Assembly (NCBI RefSeq): GCF_009914755.1
Contig: NC_060932.1
Length of the DNA stretch: 64,000 nucleotides
DNA from: the human T2T-CHM13v2.0 reference genome, Homo sapiens
Direction: 5' to 3' (one strand)
A program made the position numbers and the translations under genes. Under the pieces are notes generated by a model. That model searched no databases. It was not told the DNA's origin and saw only the letters and a program-made list of their open reading frames with translations. Shown piece by piece: positions 37,274 to 49,609 of this stretch; position 1 is the stretch's first letter; every line of letters starts with the position of its first letter.

Positions 37274-37830
37274 GTCCATTCATGTGTTCTTTGGTTCCAT
37301 ATTCTCCCTCTTGGAAAATGGATTTCCATTACCAGATGAATTCTATTGAGATGAAGTATGCTCATTACTCTACTCCCATTCATCTTCTTGAAGTCATTTT
37401 CTGCCACTACTCTCACCATGTTCTATTGACGTCATCTTCAATGAGCATTTCTGCTGGGTACAATGGATTACCTGGCTGAGTGATCCAAATCCTTATCATC
37501 AAGGGATCCGCAGCACCGGTCATGATGTCTTCTCAGAGTGTGGCGGCTTCGCCTTTTCACTTATTGGCAAACATGGACCCAAGGGTACAAAAGCTGTTCT
37601 CATGTTCTTCTCAGGCTTCATATGTAATACCAGCTCTGTGTTCTCCTATGACAAGGTCTACTATGCCTGCCAGGGTGGGGACCTGTGTCCTTGCCTGCTC
37701 TTAACATGAAGAGCCTGAAGTGACTAAGTGGAAGCCAGAAATTTGAGTGCAGAGGGACTCTTCCTGTGTGTCCTAGGAGAAGCCATCTCCATCCTGGGAC
37801 AAACCTGCACTGCTCATGTCTTGAGAGTGT
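37274..37830 (-). mobile_element. ERVL (HERV16-like) internal 3' fragment with degenerate dUTPase
   Basis: Minus-strand translation gives GHTGRVPLHSNFWLPLSHFRLF and TLAGIVDLV, resembling ERV-L dUTPase motifs (LP.GHFGLL; LAGVIDPD). Not an intact ORF. Confidence 0.6.
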
Positions 37831-39087
37831 TATTCATAAAGAGGACTATTGCTTGTATTTCTGAGGAAACCACAAAGTGCGGAGGGGAACATATTGTTAT
37901 AATGAGAGCTACTCCAAAAGTGGATGGTAATTTCCTCTAATATCTATCAGGTACTATTTAAGTTCATAGCAAATTTTAAATACATTTCTTTCTCTTCATG
38001 CGGTACTCTTTGATGACATTGAGAGTATCTGACTAAATCTTCTACTCCTGTTTCATTTTCTCTTTTTGACTATGGCAACTAGAGATAGAGTTTGTTTATG
38101 CTGGTGCTGGAAAAAAGTGGAGATGACTAGGACACACAATTTCTTCTCTTTTTGTTGTTCTTCAGGTATCTTATGCATTAGGGGAGAAATTTGAACCATA
38201 TAATTCTCCATATAATTTTTGTTATATATGCATAGAAAAATATAAATAAAACTAAAAGTTAGGCTTAAAATTTTCATTGATAGAATAATTGATTTTAGTC
38301 ATACTAAAATCATACATTTTTATATTATAGAGCAATGAGTAGATATATCATTTGGGAATCAACTATCTTACTGTGCATAGGAAAATAGAAATATGGTTTT
38401 AATGAAAGTGGGAAAAACCTTGGTGTTAAACTGAAATTAGAGTTATTGGTATAAACACATTCTTTGAATATTAACTCCTTTTTGTCAGACTTTGTACATC
38501 ATAGCAGACAAATGCTCTTGGTACAATAGTTAGAAAAACTGACTAAAATGCATAAATCACATTGTAATGACATTGCATATCTGAAAACAAAGATTTGGTA
38601 AATTAAAATTTGGTAATTTGGTAATATCTGGCTGTTTTTCCTTTGTAGGCACTTTCCTATATTTTGGGTAAGGACAGCTTTGCTTGTATAAGACAGAAAG
38701 ATTCTACTGGGAGAAAGAGAAATCAGTAGAGAGTTTTCATTCATAAGGGATCGGAACTAAAAAATTCAAAACCTGCAGGGATTCAACACTATGGCTAGTT
38801 TTCCCTGGAACACTTGCTGAGAATAGGGGCTGCACAGGAGTCCAGGGAGCTAGAAACCGAAAACTTCTACATGTCCAAGTGAACCAAACCTGCCCCATAT
38901 CAATTTCTCATTGGAATGAGATGATCAATCCCTCATCCTATCTATTTAGCACAGGAAAGGGGTGTGAGTTATATTATCTGGGATCTCCAGAGTTCTTCTA
39001 TGTATTAGGTATGGTATACAATCAAAGGTTCTAGAAATATGTAGAGGCAGAACAATTAGGCAAAAAACAAAAGCAAAACAAAAAAGC

Positions 39088-39566
39088 TGTGGAGAAACTG
39101 AATTTACAGACAACAAACAGACAGACCACCCAAGACACTAGAACTCTGACCAACACCTCTGCAGCAGCCAGCCCAGGGTGCCAACTCAGAAACCCTGCAG
39201 CAGCCAGTTTAGGAAATCAACCACCAAAAACTATAGCTATCAGCTCCAAATGGTCAGGACTTGGTCAATGACTGCCAACTTCCCTAATTTTTATCCCTGC
39301 TTCTATCTTAGGACCATCCAGGGAAAGCCAAATATGGATCTCTAGCCAATCACATAGAATGCTCCTTCAAGTTAGCCACCTCCAGCTTCCCCAGGCCAAT
39401 AGCCTCATCACAACACATATTTTCTACTATAAAACTTTCCACTTTCTTTGCCTACGTGTGAGTCTCTGTCAAAACAGAGTGAGTCTGGCTGCCTTCCTTC
39501 CTGTAGCAATCTCTGCATTAACAAGTTTCTCTTTTCTCATTTAGGTGGTCTTCTTTTATTTCTATT
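39088..39566 (+). mobile_element. MER67-like ERV1 solo LTR
   Basis: GGTCAGGACTTGGTCAATGACTGCCAACTTCCCTAATTTTT, GAAAGCCAAATATG, CCAATCACATAG, CTATAAAACTTTCC. Confidence 0.7.
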
Positions 39567-39569
39567 CCA

Positions 39570-41990
39570 ATAATGTTACAATAAAATAATTGATAAATGA
39601 AAACATAATAAAGATTAATACAAATATAAAAGGGCAAAAAAGGAGGACTAAAGAAGCAAACAACATATGGAACAAAGGAAAAGCAAGTAAGTATACAATA
39701 TGTAGAGCAGTAATTACATTAAATATAACTTAACTGGACAAAAAAATCTAATTCAAAATCAAAACCTTGTCAGAGAGGGTTTTAAAAAGGAGGGACCCAC
39801 CAATATGTTAATTACAAGTTAAATATAATTACATTTTGAACAAAGGGCACACAACTTGATTGAGTATAAAATGGTAGAAAAATATATATTATGCAAAACG
39901 AAGCAGAAGAAATATGATGTGGAGAAATTAATAGCAGTTAAAATATAATGTATGTTTAATAGAAGTGAAAGTATTGCTAGAAATAAAGAATTATAATTCA
40001 TGATGAAAAAGAATCTAACATAAATACATAATGCCTCTAGATTTGTATGCATCTGATATGGTTTGGCTCTGTGACCCTACCCAAATCTCATCTGGAATTG
40101 TAATCCCCATGTATTGGGGGAGGGGCCTGGTAGGAGGTGTTTGGATCATGGGGATGGTTTCCCGTTTGCTGTTCTTGTGATAATGCATGAGTTCTCATGA
40201 GAGCTGATGATTTTAAAAGTGTTCGGCTGTTCCCTCTTCACTCTCACTCTCTCCTGCTGCCATGTAAGATGTGCCTTTCTTCCTCTTCACCTTCTACCAT
40301 GATTGTACACTTCCTGAGGTCTCTCCAGCCATAAAGAATTGTGAGTCAAGTAAACCTCTTTTGTTTATAATTACCCAGTCTCAGGTAGTATCTCTACAGC
40401 AGTGTGAAAACAAACCAATACAGCATCTAATAATATATCTTCAAACATATATAAAACAAAAATTGTCAAGAAAAGCAGAAATAGACAAGTGTATTTGGAG
40501 ATTTTAACATACCTTTCACCATAACTGATGTAACATACAGAGAAAATTATCATAAAGACATAAATTGAGCAATGTGATTAACTGCCTGGACCTAATTGAC
40601 ATATGTTAGTTATTGTAAAACACTGTAAAATGCACATTTATTCCAAGTGCAGTTGGGAGATTTACCTGAGCCATAAAACAGGCAACAAATTTCAGATGAT
40701 TTAATTCACAATGAGAATGTTTTTTGGCCAGAGTTGCATTAAACTGGAAATCAACAGAAAGTAAACTAAAATAGCTCCAAATTTGGAAATTAAGCACACC
40801 AATTCTAAATAGGTTGTGAACAACAAAAAGTACTCACGACAAAAATCTTCTAAATTTTGAACAGGATTAAAAAAGGATGCATGAAAACACATAGGGCATT
40901 GCCAAAGTAGGGATTAAAGGGAATATACTGCTTTTAATGCGTATATTAAAAAGAAAAAGTTGCAAATTAGTGATCAAAACTTCAAGTCATATTATTCTCT
41001 ATGTCAAAAAGTAAGAAAAAAAGAGCAAAAAAAAAAAAAAAAAATCCCCAAAACAGAAAAAAGGAAGTTGTAGAGATAAGTATGTAAATAGAAGAAAGAT
41101 AAAACATTTAAATAGAGAAAATCAACAAAGCTGAAGGTTTGTTTGTAAATTATCAGTAACATTGATGAACAACTATTGAGACTAATCAAAGATAAAAAGC
41201 AAAAGCAGAAATGACCAATATCAGAATCATATATGATCATCATAACATATCCTACAGACATGAAGAAGATTTACAGAGATACTATGAATAATTTTACATA
41301 AATTTGATGATGTAGATAAAAATTTTAAATCTATGAATTAAAACATATACCTGAAACAAGAAAAAAATGAACAATTTAAATTTTCCTATGACAAATAAAG
41401 AAATTTAATTTGAAAAATAAAGTTTTCTTTAATGGAACTATTAGACCCAGAATGGAAATATTAGACCCAGATGTTTTCACTGGTGAATTCTTTAAAAATT
41501 TAAGAAAGAAATAGCTCTTATGTACAAAAATCTGTCCAAAATCTAGAAATAATTACTTATTAATTTTCTTCATGTCAACATAATTTTTATTTCAAATCCA
41601 AAAATTATTGTAAGTAAATGAGAAAGGAAAATTGAGAGTGAGGGAGAGAGGGAAGAAGGAAGAAAGACAGAAAGGCAAATATGTTATTAGGAACATAATG
41701 TTTAAAAAATCAAACAACAGCAATACATAAAAATGATAGTACACACTAATCAAGAGTTGTTTATTCAAGAAATACAAAGTTGGTTGAACAGTTACAATAC
41801 AAATTTTGCTTAACAGAATACTGATTAATGAAATTTGCCTCATTAAAAACATAATCATCTCAATAAATGAAGAAAAACTAGATAAAATGAAATGCCCATT
41901 AATAACAAAGACTTTAATAATCTAAGAAATGAAAGGAATTTTAAAAATCCGACTAAGAATATCATTAAGCACATTCGCAATGAACCTGCA
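39570..41990 (+). mobile_element. Old L1M ORF2 (5' half), degenerate, interrupted by THE1D
   Basis: CAGTAATTACATTAAAT, GACCTAATTGACAT, ATAGAGAAAATCAACAAAGC, GACCCAGATGTTTTCACTGGTGAATTCT: ORF2 landmarks with many stops. Confidence 0.85.
40054..40422 (+). mobile_element. THE1D solo LTR (MaLR)
   Basis: TGATATGGTTTGGCTCTGTG...AAACCAATACA with perfect 5-bp TSD GCATC (40049-40053 and 40423-40427). Confidence 0.95.
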
Positions 41991-43900
41991 GCAAAAGTGT
42001 TTAATGGTTGCAGTGGAGCCTGTGAACTTTCTTTCTTACCAAACAGTAGTGGGTAGGTGTTAGTTGTAGAAAGTGATTTATTATTTGCCTGATATTTATA
42101 AAGATATAATTTATTTCCATTCTGGGAGAGTATATCCATTTTGAACTGAATGTTTCTCAGATGCGAATAGCTACACATGGTATCTCAGGAAAGGTTAATT
42201 ACTAATACATTTTAGCTCCATTTAAGTTCATTTAACATCGAATTAGAAAGACAGACTTCCTATTATGGAGAGCGCGGCCATTGGACACATACTCTACTAA
42301 GAGCTCCACAATCATTTTCAGGTAGAAATGAGAGTTGTGCAATTTTTGTTGAAGTGATGGTGAGGGGAAGAATGCCAGCTGTTAATGAGGGGCATCATTA
42401 GCTGATGTTGTAATCCAGTAAATATGGATGCTTCTCTAATCAAAGTCTGATATTGCCTTCCATTCACATTCTCCACTTGTACCATAGCATCATCAAACAT
42501 CTTTATTATTTTTTTTACAGTCAATTTCCCCTGATAGCATATGAAGTTTTTGAGGGCAGAAACTTCACGGCAACTAGTTTAATGCTTGGCACCAAATAGG
42601 AACTCAATGGAAATTGCTGAAATAATTGCAAACCTGTTGTTACTATGAGTCACACTGAAGAGAACTGTTTTCATGTATAGGAATCTTTTCTATCAAACCA
42701 CAAAACCATGATAAACATACATTATTCTAATCATATGATCTTTGTCCCATATAGGAGATTACTTAGAAAACTTACTGCACTCTTTAAATATATAGGAAAG
42801 TATTATCATGCCACTTTTTAGCCATAAGTTTGGCTAATAGACAAAGATGATAGACACCTCATTCCAAAGAGATATCTGACACCACCATCAGCACTTCCAA
42901 GGGTAGGGAGATAAAACTGATTTGTACTTTTAGCCTACAGCAGGAGGAGAAAGTCTGAGGTAAGAAGAGACAGCTGTGGGTCTTCTGTGATTCCATATAT
43001 CCAAGGAAAAGGGATGGAGAACCCTGTTACTTTAGCTGCTTAGTGAAAGGGGCAGTAGTTGGTCCACTTCTGACAGCTTTTGCAAGGTGGATGCCATGAT
43101 AGATTTCTAACCTATACCTGAGAAAAGACCAACAGGCTCTGCTGATGGCAGGCCTAGGAGAGGTGACTGTGTGAGGATCTGTTATCCTGTTGTCAGGAAG
43201 ATGGCTGGGGCAAAGAATAAATAGGAAGGTTCTGTAGATCAGTGTGACTCGTGTAGGCTGCTTGCACGAGAACTGGATGCAGTTACTCAGATTCCATCCA
43301 GGTGGTCCACCAGACTTGTGGAGAAGGACAGTTCACAGGGAATAAAGCAAGAGCCCAATAAGAGGAGGTTGACAACCCTTGTTATTTTCTCCCTGGACAC
43401 AGAGGAAGACTACATTTCCTTGAATGCTTTGCAAATATGTCTGACTTTTGAAAAATAAATTTATTTATGTTTTATTGTACATATTTAAGATATACAACAT
43501 GATGTTTTGATATACATAGTGAAGTGATTACTATAGCCAACTAAATTAACATGTTATCAGCTCACATAGTTTTCCCTTCCCTTTTTGCTTGTGGTAAGAG
43601 TATGTAAAAATCTACCCTCCTACAATATTATGATCTATAATCCTTACATTTTAGATTAGATATCTAGACTTATGTATCCAATAAAACTGCATCTTTCTAC
43701 CCTTTGACCTATATCTCTCCATTTTCTCCATCCCCAACCCCTAGTAAACACATTCTTCCCTCAGTTTTTATGTATTTTATTATATTTTAGAGTCCACATA
43801 CAAGTGAGATCATGCAGTATTTTTTTTTCCGCCTCTGGCTAAATTCACTTAGCATAATGTCCTCTAATTTCATCCCTTTTGTTGCAAATGGCAGGATTTC

Positions 43901-44122
43901 CACATATGTATGCATGTTATATATGTATACAGATGTGTATATATGTATACACACATATGCATATATATGTACATATACGTATACACATTTTATATATGTA
44001 GACACATTATATACATATGTGTATATACACATATGCATGTATGTGTACTAGTTTTATGTGTATATATACATACATATGTGTAGATATGTGTATCTATACA
44101 TATATACACATAAATATGCACA
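43901..44122. repeat. Alternating purine-pyrimidine low-complexity tract (TA/CA/TG)
   Basis: CATATGTATGCATG...TATATACACATATG...; a related (CA)n/(TA)n tract continues at 44436-44486. Confidence 0.9.
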
Positions 44123-44126
44123 CTTG

Positions 44127-44434
44127 TTTTTATATTTTATTTTATTTTTTGAGAGAGAGTCTCACTCTGTCACTCAGGCTGGAGAGCTGTTGTCACAATC
44201 TCAGCTTACTAAAACCTCTGCTTCCTGGGTTCAAGTGATTCTCCTGCCTCAGGCTCCTGAGTAGCTGGGATTACAGGTGCGTGCCACCACGCCCAGCTTA
44301 ATTTTTGTATTTTTAGTAGAGTCAAGGTTTCACCGTGTTGGCCAGGCTGGTCTCAAACTCCTGACGTCAGGTGATTCATCTGATTCAGCCTCCCAAAGTG
44401 CTGGGATTACAGGAGTAAGCCACCTTACCTGGCC
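44127..44434 (-). mobile_element. AluS (Sx-like), full length
   Basis: T-rich tail, complete dimer, ends AGCCACCTTACCTGGCC. Confidence 0.94.
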
Positions 44435-44445
44435 TATTTATATGT

Positions 44446-44483
<38 letters not shown>

Positions 44484-44989
44484 GTATTTTTTTTCCTATA
44501 CATTCACCCATCGATGGACACTTAGGTTGTTTCTATATCTTGGCTACTGTGAATATGCTGCAATGAACTTGGGAATGCAGATAGAATACGTTCTGCTCAA
44601 TGAAAGATGGACAGAAATGATAAAGACTACTTTAAGATTTAGCTTTTAAAATATCCCATAAATTATTCTCCAGTCAGGGCCTTGAAGGGCAGATGCTTTA
44701 GGTGATGTTCTCACATAGGTGCCTGGGCACCTGAGTTGAATGTGTGGAGCAGAGGCTGTTAATGTTCACATCTGATTTTTACACAATCTCATAAAACTTG
44801 TGTGTGCGTGTGTGTGAGTGTGTGTGTTAAGCCACTGTGATTTGGTGTTTTTACAGAACATGACATCGGTGATCAGCTGGAAGAGAGAGAATTCTTCTAA
44901 CTAGGGAGTTCCAAGTGAGAGAACCCTAGTAATTTTGGTGGCAGAGAGAATGAGTGTTGAAAATTCCATGAAATAATGCTAGGAGGGAA

Positions 44990-45440
44990 TGTTAACACGA
45001 GACTAATGAGATCTGCAGATGCAAATGGAGAATTTTATTCTCTAAAAGCAACCTGCAGATTGTGGAGATACAACTTCTGGTGCAAAATAAAAGTGTGCTC
45101 TGAGTTGGGGTGGTGGTCAGAGAGTTAGAGGTTATAAAGGCAAAAACCTTGCAGGGCAGGAAAGAGGAGTCAGCGGTGTAAGGACAGGGCCTGGATTAGA
45201 TGGTCTTTAAACCTCAATCACCAGTGTTTCGTAATTGGCTACTTCTAGGTGTCTGTTGGTGGTCAGCTCAGAAATTTCCAGATGCAGTTGTTTCCAGAAA
45301 CTCTTTTCTGATTGGTTGCTGAAAAACAGGTTCTTCAACACTTTATAAGAACACAGAGAGTGTGGCCACTCCCTCACCCTTCCATGGCCTCTTGGGTCTG
45401 CTTTTGACTTTCGAGCCATAGGGAGTTCATATTTTCTACA
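44990..45440 (-). mobile_element. ERV1-class solo LTR, family unassigned
   Basis: TG...CA-bounded ~450-bp segment with antisense AATAAA (TTTTATT ~45033), TATA (TTATAAA) and CCAAT (ATTGG) in LTR order. No clear TSD. Confidence 0.5.
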
Positions 45441-46058
45441 ACTGGGGGCATGATTTGACCAGAGTGAATCTTTTTTTCATGTTTGTGAGTCCCAAAGAGC
45501 CTGGTCGCAGCCCCTTACGAATATAGCAGGAGGGACAAAAACACTTCCATCATACCTCACACCTTTAGCAGGGTGTGAGGCAGAGGGTGGCTCTGAATGT
45601 AGTTTAAAGTTATGACCACGTTTAGTTAGATATATTTGTTACTGCATGGAGGGCCTTTCAGTATTTCTAAGGAACAAGAAATAATAGGGTTCATTATTTA
45701 TTGCGATTATTGCATATCAGTCCACAGTGTTTTCCCCTTAGAATCTGATGCTCTAGTCATAAAAATTGATGACATATTTAAGGACTGAGAGAAAGACAAC
45801 AGGTGAGATATAGGAGGGTCACATTAGGCACTGAGAGAGTCTTCTGTAACCCTAGTCCCCATTTGCAACTCTGTAAAGTATTATCTCAGGGCACCCACAC
45901 ACTGACTTAGCTCTTATACACCAAACCTACAACATGGGGGCTAGCTACATAGAACTGATAGCTCAATCCAGTCATGCAGAGACATTACTTACCCTAAAAT
46001 GTACATGCCCTGAATTTTATCCAGGGTCAAGAGAAGAGCTCTTTAAAGAGAATATATT

Positions 46059-46298
46059 GGATGTGAGGGTGATCTGGCTGCAACATCTGTCACCCCATTG
46101 ATCGCCAGGGTTGTTTCAGCTGATCTGGCTGGCTAGGCAGGTGTCCCCTTCCTCCCTCACTGCTCCACGTGTGTCCCTCATGAAGCTGTGCGCTTGGTCG
46201 AAGAGGATGACCATCCCCAATAGAGGAGGACTGGTCTTCTGTCCAGGGCATACAAGTTACTGAGCTCCCCTGATAGAAACTCCAAACAAGCTCCCAAG
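46059..46298 (+). pseudogene. RN7SKP: 7SK snRNA retropseudogene, 3'-truncated (first ~240 nt), tailless
   Basis: GGATGTGAGGGTGATCTGGCTGCAACATCTGTCACCCCATTGATCGCCAGGG...CTCCAAACAAGCTCCCAAG is collinear with recalled human 7SK (~25 substitutions, about half CpG transitions). TSD AAGAGAATATATT at 46046-46058 and 46296-46308. No poly-A. Confidence 0.97.
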
Positions 46299-49230
46299 AG
46301 AATATATTTAAGTGAACAGTTAGGGACAAAAATAAAGTTGCTTAATGATTTCACTGCATGGGTTTGGTTGCTCACTATAGCAATTAGCAGTAATTTCTGT
46401 TGTTGCTTTGCAAATATCATTATATCTAGAAGACAAATAATTCACAACATTTGAAAGAAAAGTATTCAGTTGTTCAATATAAAAAAACATATTTTCCATT
46501 TTAGTAAAGCCTCTAAAACAAATGCTAATTTATTAAAATTGAGTGTATTTTTCTTTGAAATCTTTTGGATTTCATTTACTTATGTTGTCTATAGGATTGT
46601 GGTAGCCCAGTCATATTGGAAAATAATTAGAACATTGATGCCATTAAAATCTGAGGTAGTGTTTTTCCTTTGAAGTGGTGGTAATGATAAATATCACCTT
46701 ATTCCACAAGCTTTTCAACTGAAACTGTAGAAGACTCTAATAAAGCTGGCAATTTTTCAAAAAAGTGAAAATGTTATGAAATGTAATGTCAGGTGTTTTA
46801 TTTCTTCACAGCACTTTCATCTTCTCCCTGCAACCATCAAGTCTTCATAGCACACCTCATGGGTAAGGACACTTATTACTGTTATTTGTTTTTATTTTAT
46901 GTCTTCAAAGTTATTCTAGCAAAGTGTTGCTGGGACTAAGACTTCGCTACCATTGCTGTCATATTAAAAATAGAAAAAACATTTTAGAGAGCAAATATTT
47001 TTGAAAAATATAGATTACAATGCACCAATTTCCTGAGTATTTGCAGCCTAATATTAATATTTTTGATATTTGTTTTTGTCCTGTATTAGACTTCTCTAAA
47101 TGTTTATAATAGTAATAACTTCCATTTACTGGGTTCTTCATATGTCAGGAATGAGCCTAGGAGCTTTGCGTACATAGTAATATAAAAAGTCAGAGAGCTC
47201 AAGTATCTTTCCTAACCGTGAATTTTGATGGAACTGGGACTTGTATGGAACTCTTACTTCAAGGCTACTATTTCCTGTTCAATATTCACCTCACTTTGAT
47301 GGTCAAGCTTAAGAATTTTACACCATCAATTAATTAACTTACTTTAGATGTCTAAAAAAATTATTTGAAGAGTATTGCTCTATAGTAATTTATGTGATAA
47401 ACTTACAAAAAATTAACTCGTGCTACAACTCAGTTACTATAAGTCAGTTGTGTAGAGAAAACATAGGTTCCTCAGGAGGCATTATATGTTTAATATCAAT
47501 AAGAAAAGGGAAAAGAATGATGAGGAGGAAGAGAAAAGTTTATATAGTTCCACCCAGTAAACTTATTGGAATAAATATAATTCACACTTTTGTTTTAAGA
47601 GATTCAGCTCTGACTCTTGAATCTCTGCCTTGTCTGTCATCCAACCCACTTCCTGGTGAAAATTCCTCTTCCCCTTCTCCAAATAGGGACTTCAGTCCAT
47701 GCCACAGGGAATCACATGACTGGTCTCAGGTCTGGGTTCCATGTCTTGGATCCTAACTGAGCTATTGATTCCATGTAGCAAGTCCCCAGGTCATAGTTGA
47801 GTACAGGAGGTAAATCAGCAGGTGGGTGCCCAGAGATAATACTTTAGAGAGTTGTAAATAGGGACTAGGGATCCAGAAGATTCTCTCATTGCTTAATGTG
47901 ACCCTCCTATATCTAACCTATTGTCCTCCTCTGTGTCCTTGAATATGTCATCATTTTTCATTACTAGATTATCAGGTTCTAAAGAGAAAAAACTCATGCA
48001 TTGCTATGCAATAATCACTTTCTCACAACATCTAGTACAAAAATTTCTGATGCTAATAATACTTACATGTGTTTTAAAGTGATTATATAAACCTAGAGAA
48101 TACGGCTTGAATATCTCACTCTTTGATGCTGTTGTTGTTATTCCTATAAACTGATTTTAATTTCTCGAATATGTCACATTACCTAACAACCTAACAGGAG
48201 CTGAAAAAAAAAAAGAGGTAGAGCTGCTAGACAATATCAGTGCCTCTATTTTTTAATACAGTTTTTAATAAGTACTGTCTTTTCCTCTTCTGTCTTCTGA
48301 ACCAACAGATTTTGGGCTCTTCGGATTTATATCATGCATCAGGACTACAGGATTGAAACTTGCATCATTTAAATTATAGTCAATACCTATTAGGTAAGAT
48401 TATAGAATGTAGTCTGTTAGGTGTCATAACCTATCCTATCAAGCCAAAGCCTGACTTCATGCTAGGCCACAAGCTTGAAGGAAAGAAGGTTGATTCTCCT
48501 GAAGAAGGTGGACATACAGCCATATTGCATAGGGATAATGAGGTTTATAATGACAATAAGAATTGATATAATATCATTGATTATAAACACAGTTTGCTTT
48601 GTGGTGCTGAGGTGAGAAAGTTGTAACTTGTCAATATGTGTTTACTAAAAGATTAGTTTGAATGGAGAAAATTAACTGAATTGGAGAATAATGAGAAATA
48701 AAGACTGAGAGGCCAAAACAAGAAATATTTAACAGATGAACTTTAACACAAAGCAACAGACTTTATACATTCTTTTATTACCTAAAAAGAAAAAACTACC
48801 AAATGGTAAGATATTTTTAGAGAACAGTGCAGATAAATATTATTTTAATGGGAACTAAAACAATTCTCCCTCCCCTCCCCTCCCTCTCTCCCTCACTCCT
48901 TCCCTCCCTTCCTTCCTTTTTTCAATTCAATTATTGGCAATTTTTTGTCAAGATGCTGTTAACATGCTGCATATAATTCTAGGTGCTTGGAATAAGATGT
49001 TAAAAAGTCAGATTTGGTCTTTGGCATCTGTATAGTGAATGATTAACTTTACCCAAAGAGATATCTGGCTTATGTCCAGGCTCCTGGGCGGTAACTTGTA
49101 GCCCTTGAAATTTCCTGAGATAGAAGTTTCACCCTATTCACAGTGGATCCCTCAGATCATACTTAATCATTCATGCTAACAAGATGACTCTGGGTGACAC
49201 CAACCAGAAAGACCAATCATGTGATTAAAA

Positions 49231-49609
49231 ACCATGGAATACTATGCAGCCATAAAAAATGATGAGTTCATGTCCTTTGTAGGGACATGGATGAAATTGG
49301 AAATCATCATTCTCAGTAAACTATCGCAAGATCAAAAAACCAAACACCGCATATTCTCACTCATAGGTGGGAACTGAACAATGAGATCACATGGACACAG
49401 GAAGGGGAATATCACACTCTGGGGACTGTTGTGGGGTGGGGGGAGGGGGGAGGGATAGCATTGGGAGATATACCTAATGCTAGATGACGAGTTAGTGGGT
49501 GCAGCGCACCAGCATGGCACATGTATACATATGTAACTAACCTGCACAATGTGCACATGTACCCTAAAACTTAAAGTACAATAAAAAAAAAAGATTAAAA
49601 AAAAAAAAA
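49231..49609 (+). mobile_element. Young 5'-truncated L1 3' end (L1PA2-type)
   Basis: Near-consensus primate L1 3'UTR with GATGACGAGTTAG (GAG, not Ta ACA or pre-Ta ACG), CTTAAAGTA and a poly-A tail. Confidence 0.93.

Larger units (their letters stand above)
43455..44584 (-). mobile_element. L1MA 3' end, interrupted by a low-complexity expansion and an Alu
   Basis: TACAACATGATGTTTTGATATAC, CCACATACAAGTGAGATCATGCAGTA, TTCACTTAGCATAATG. Resumes at ~44490 with ATCGATGGACACTTAGGTTG. Confidence 0.85.

Noticed and set aside
42850-43400. Purine-rich LTR-like stretch (possibly an ancient Gypsy-type LTR, maybe continuing at 44870-44990 and 45440-45700)
   Set aside because: I cannot assign family or boundaries without a profile-HMM search, so it is not listed as a feature.
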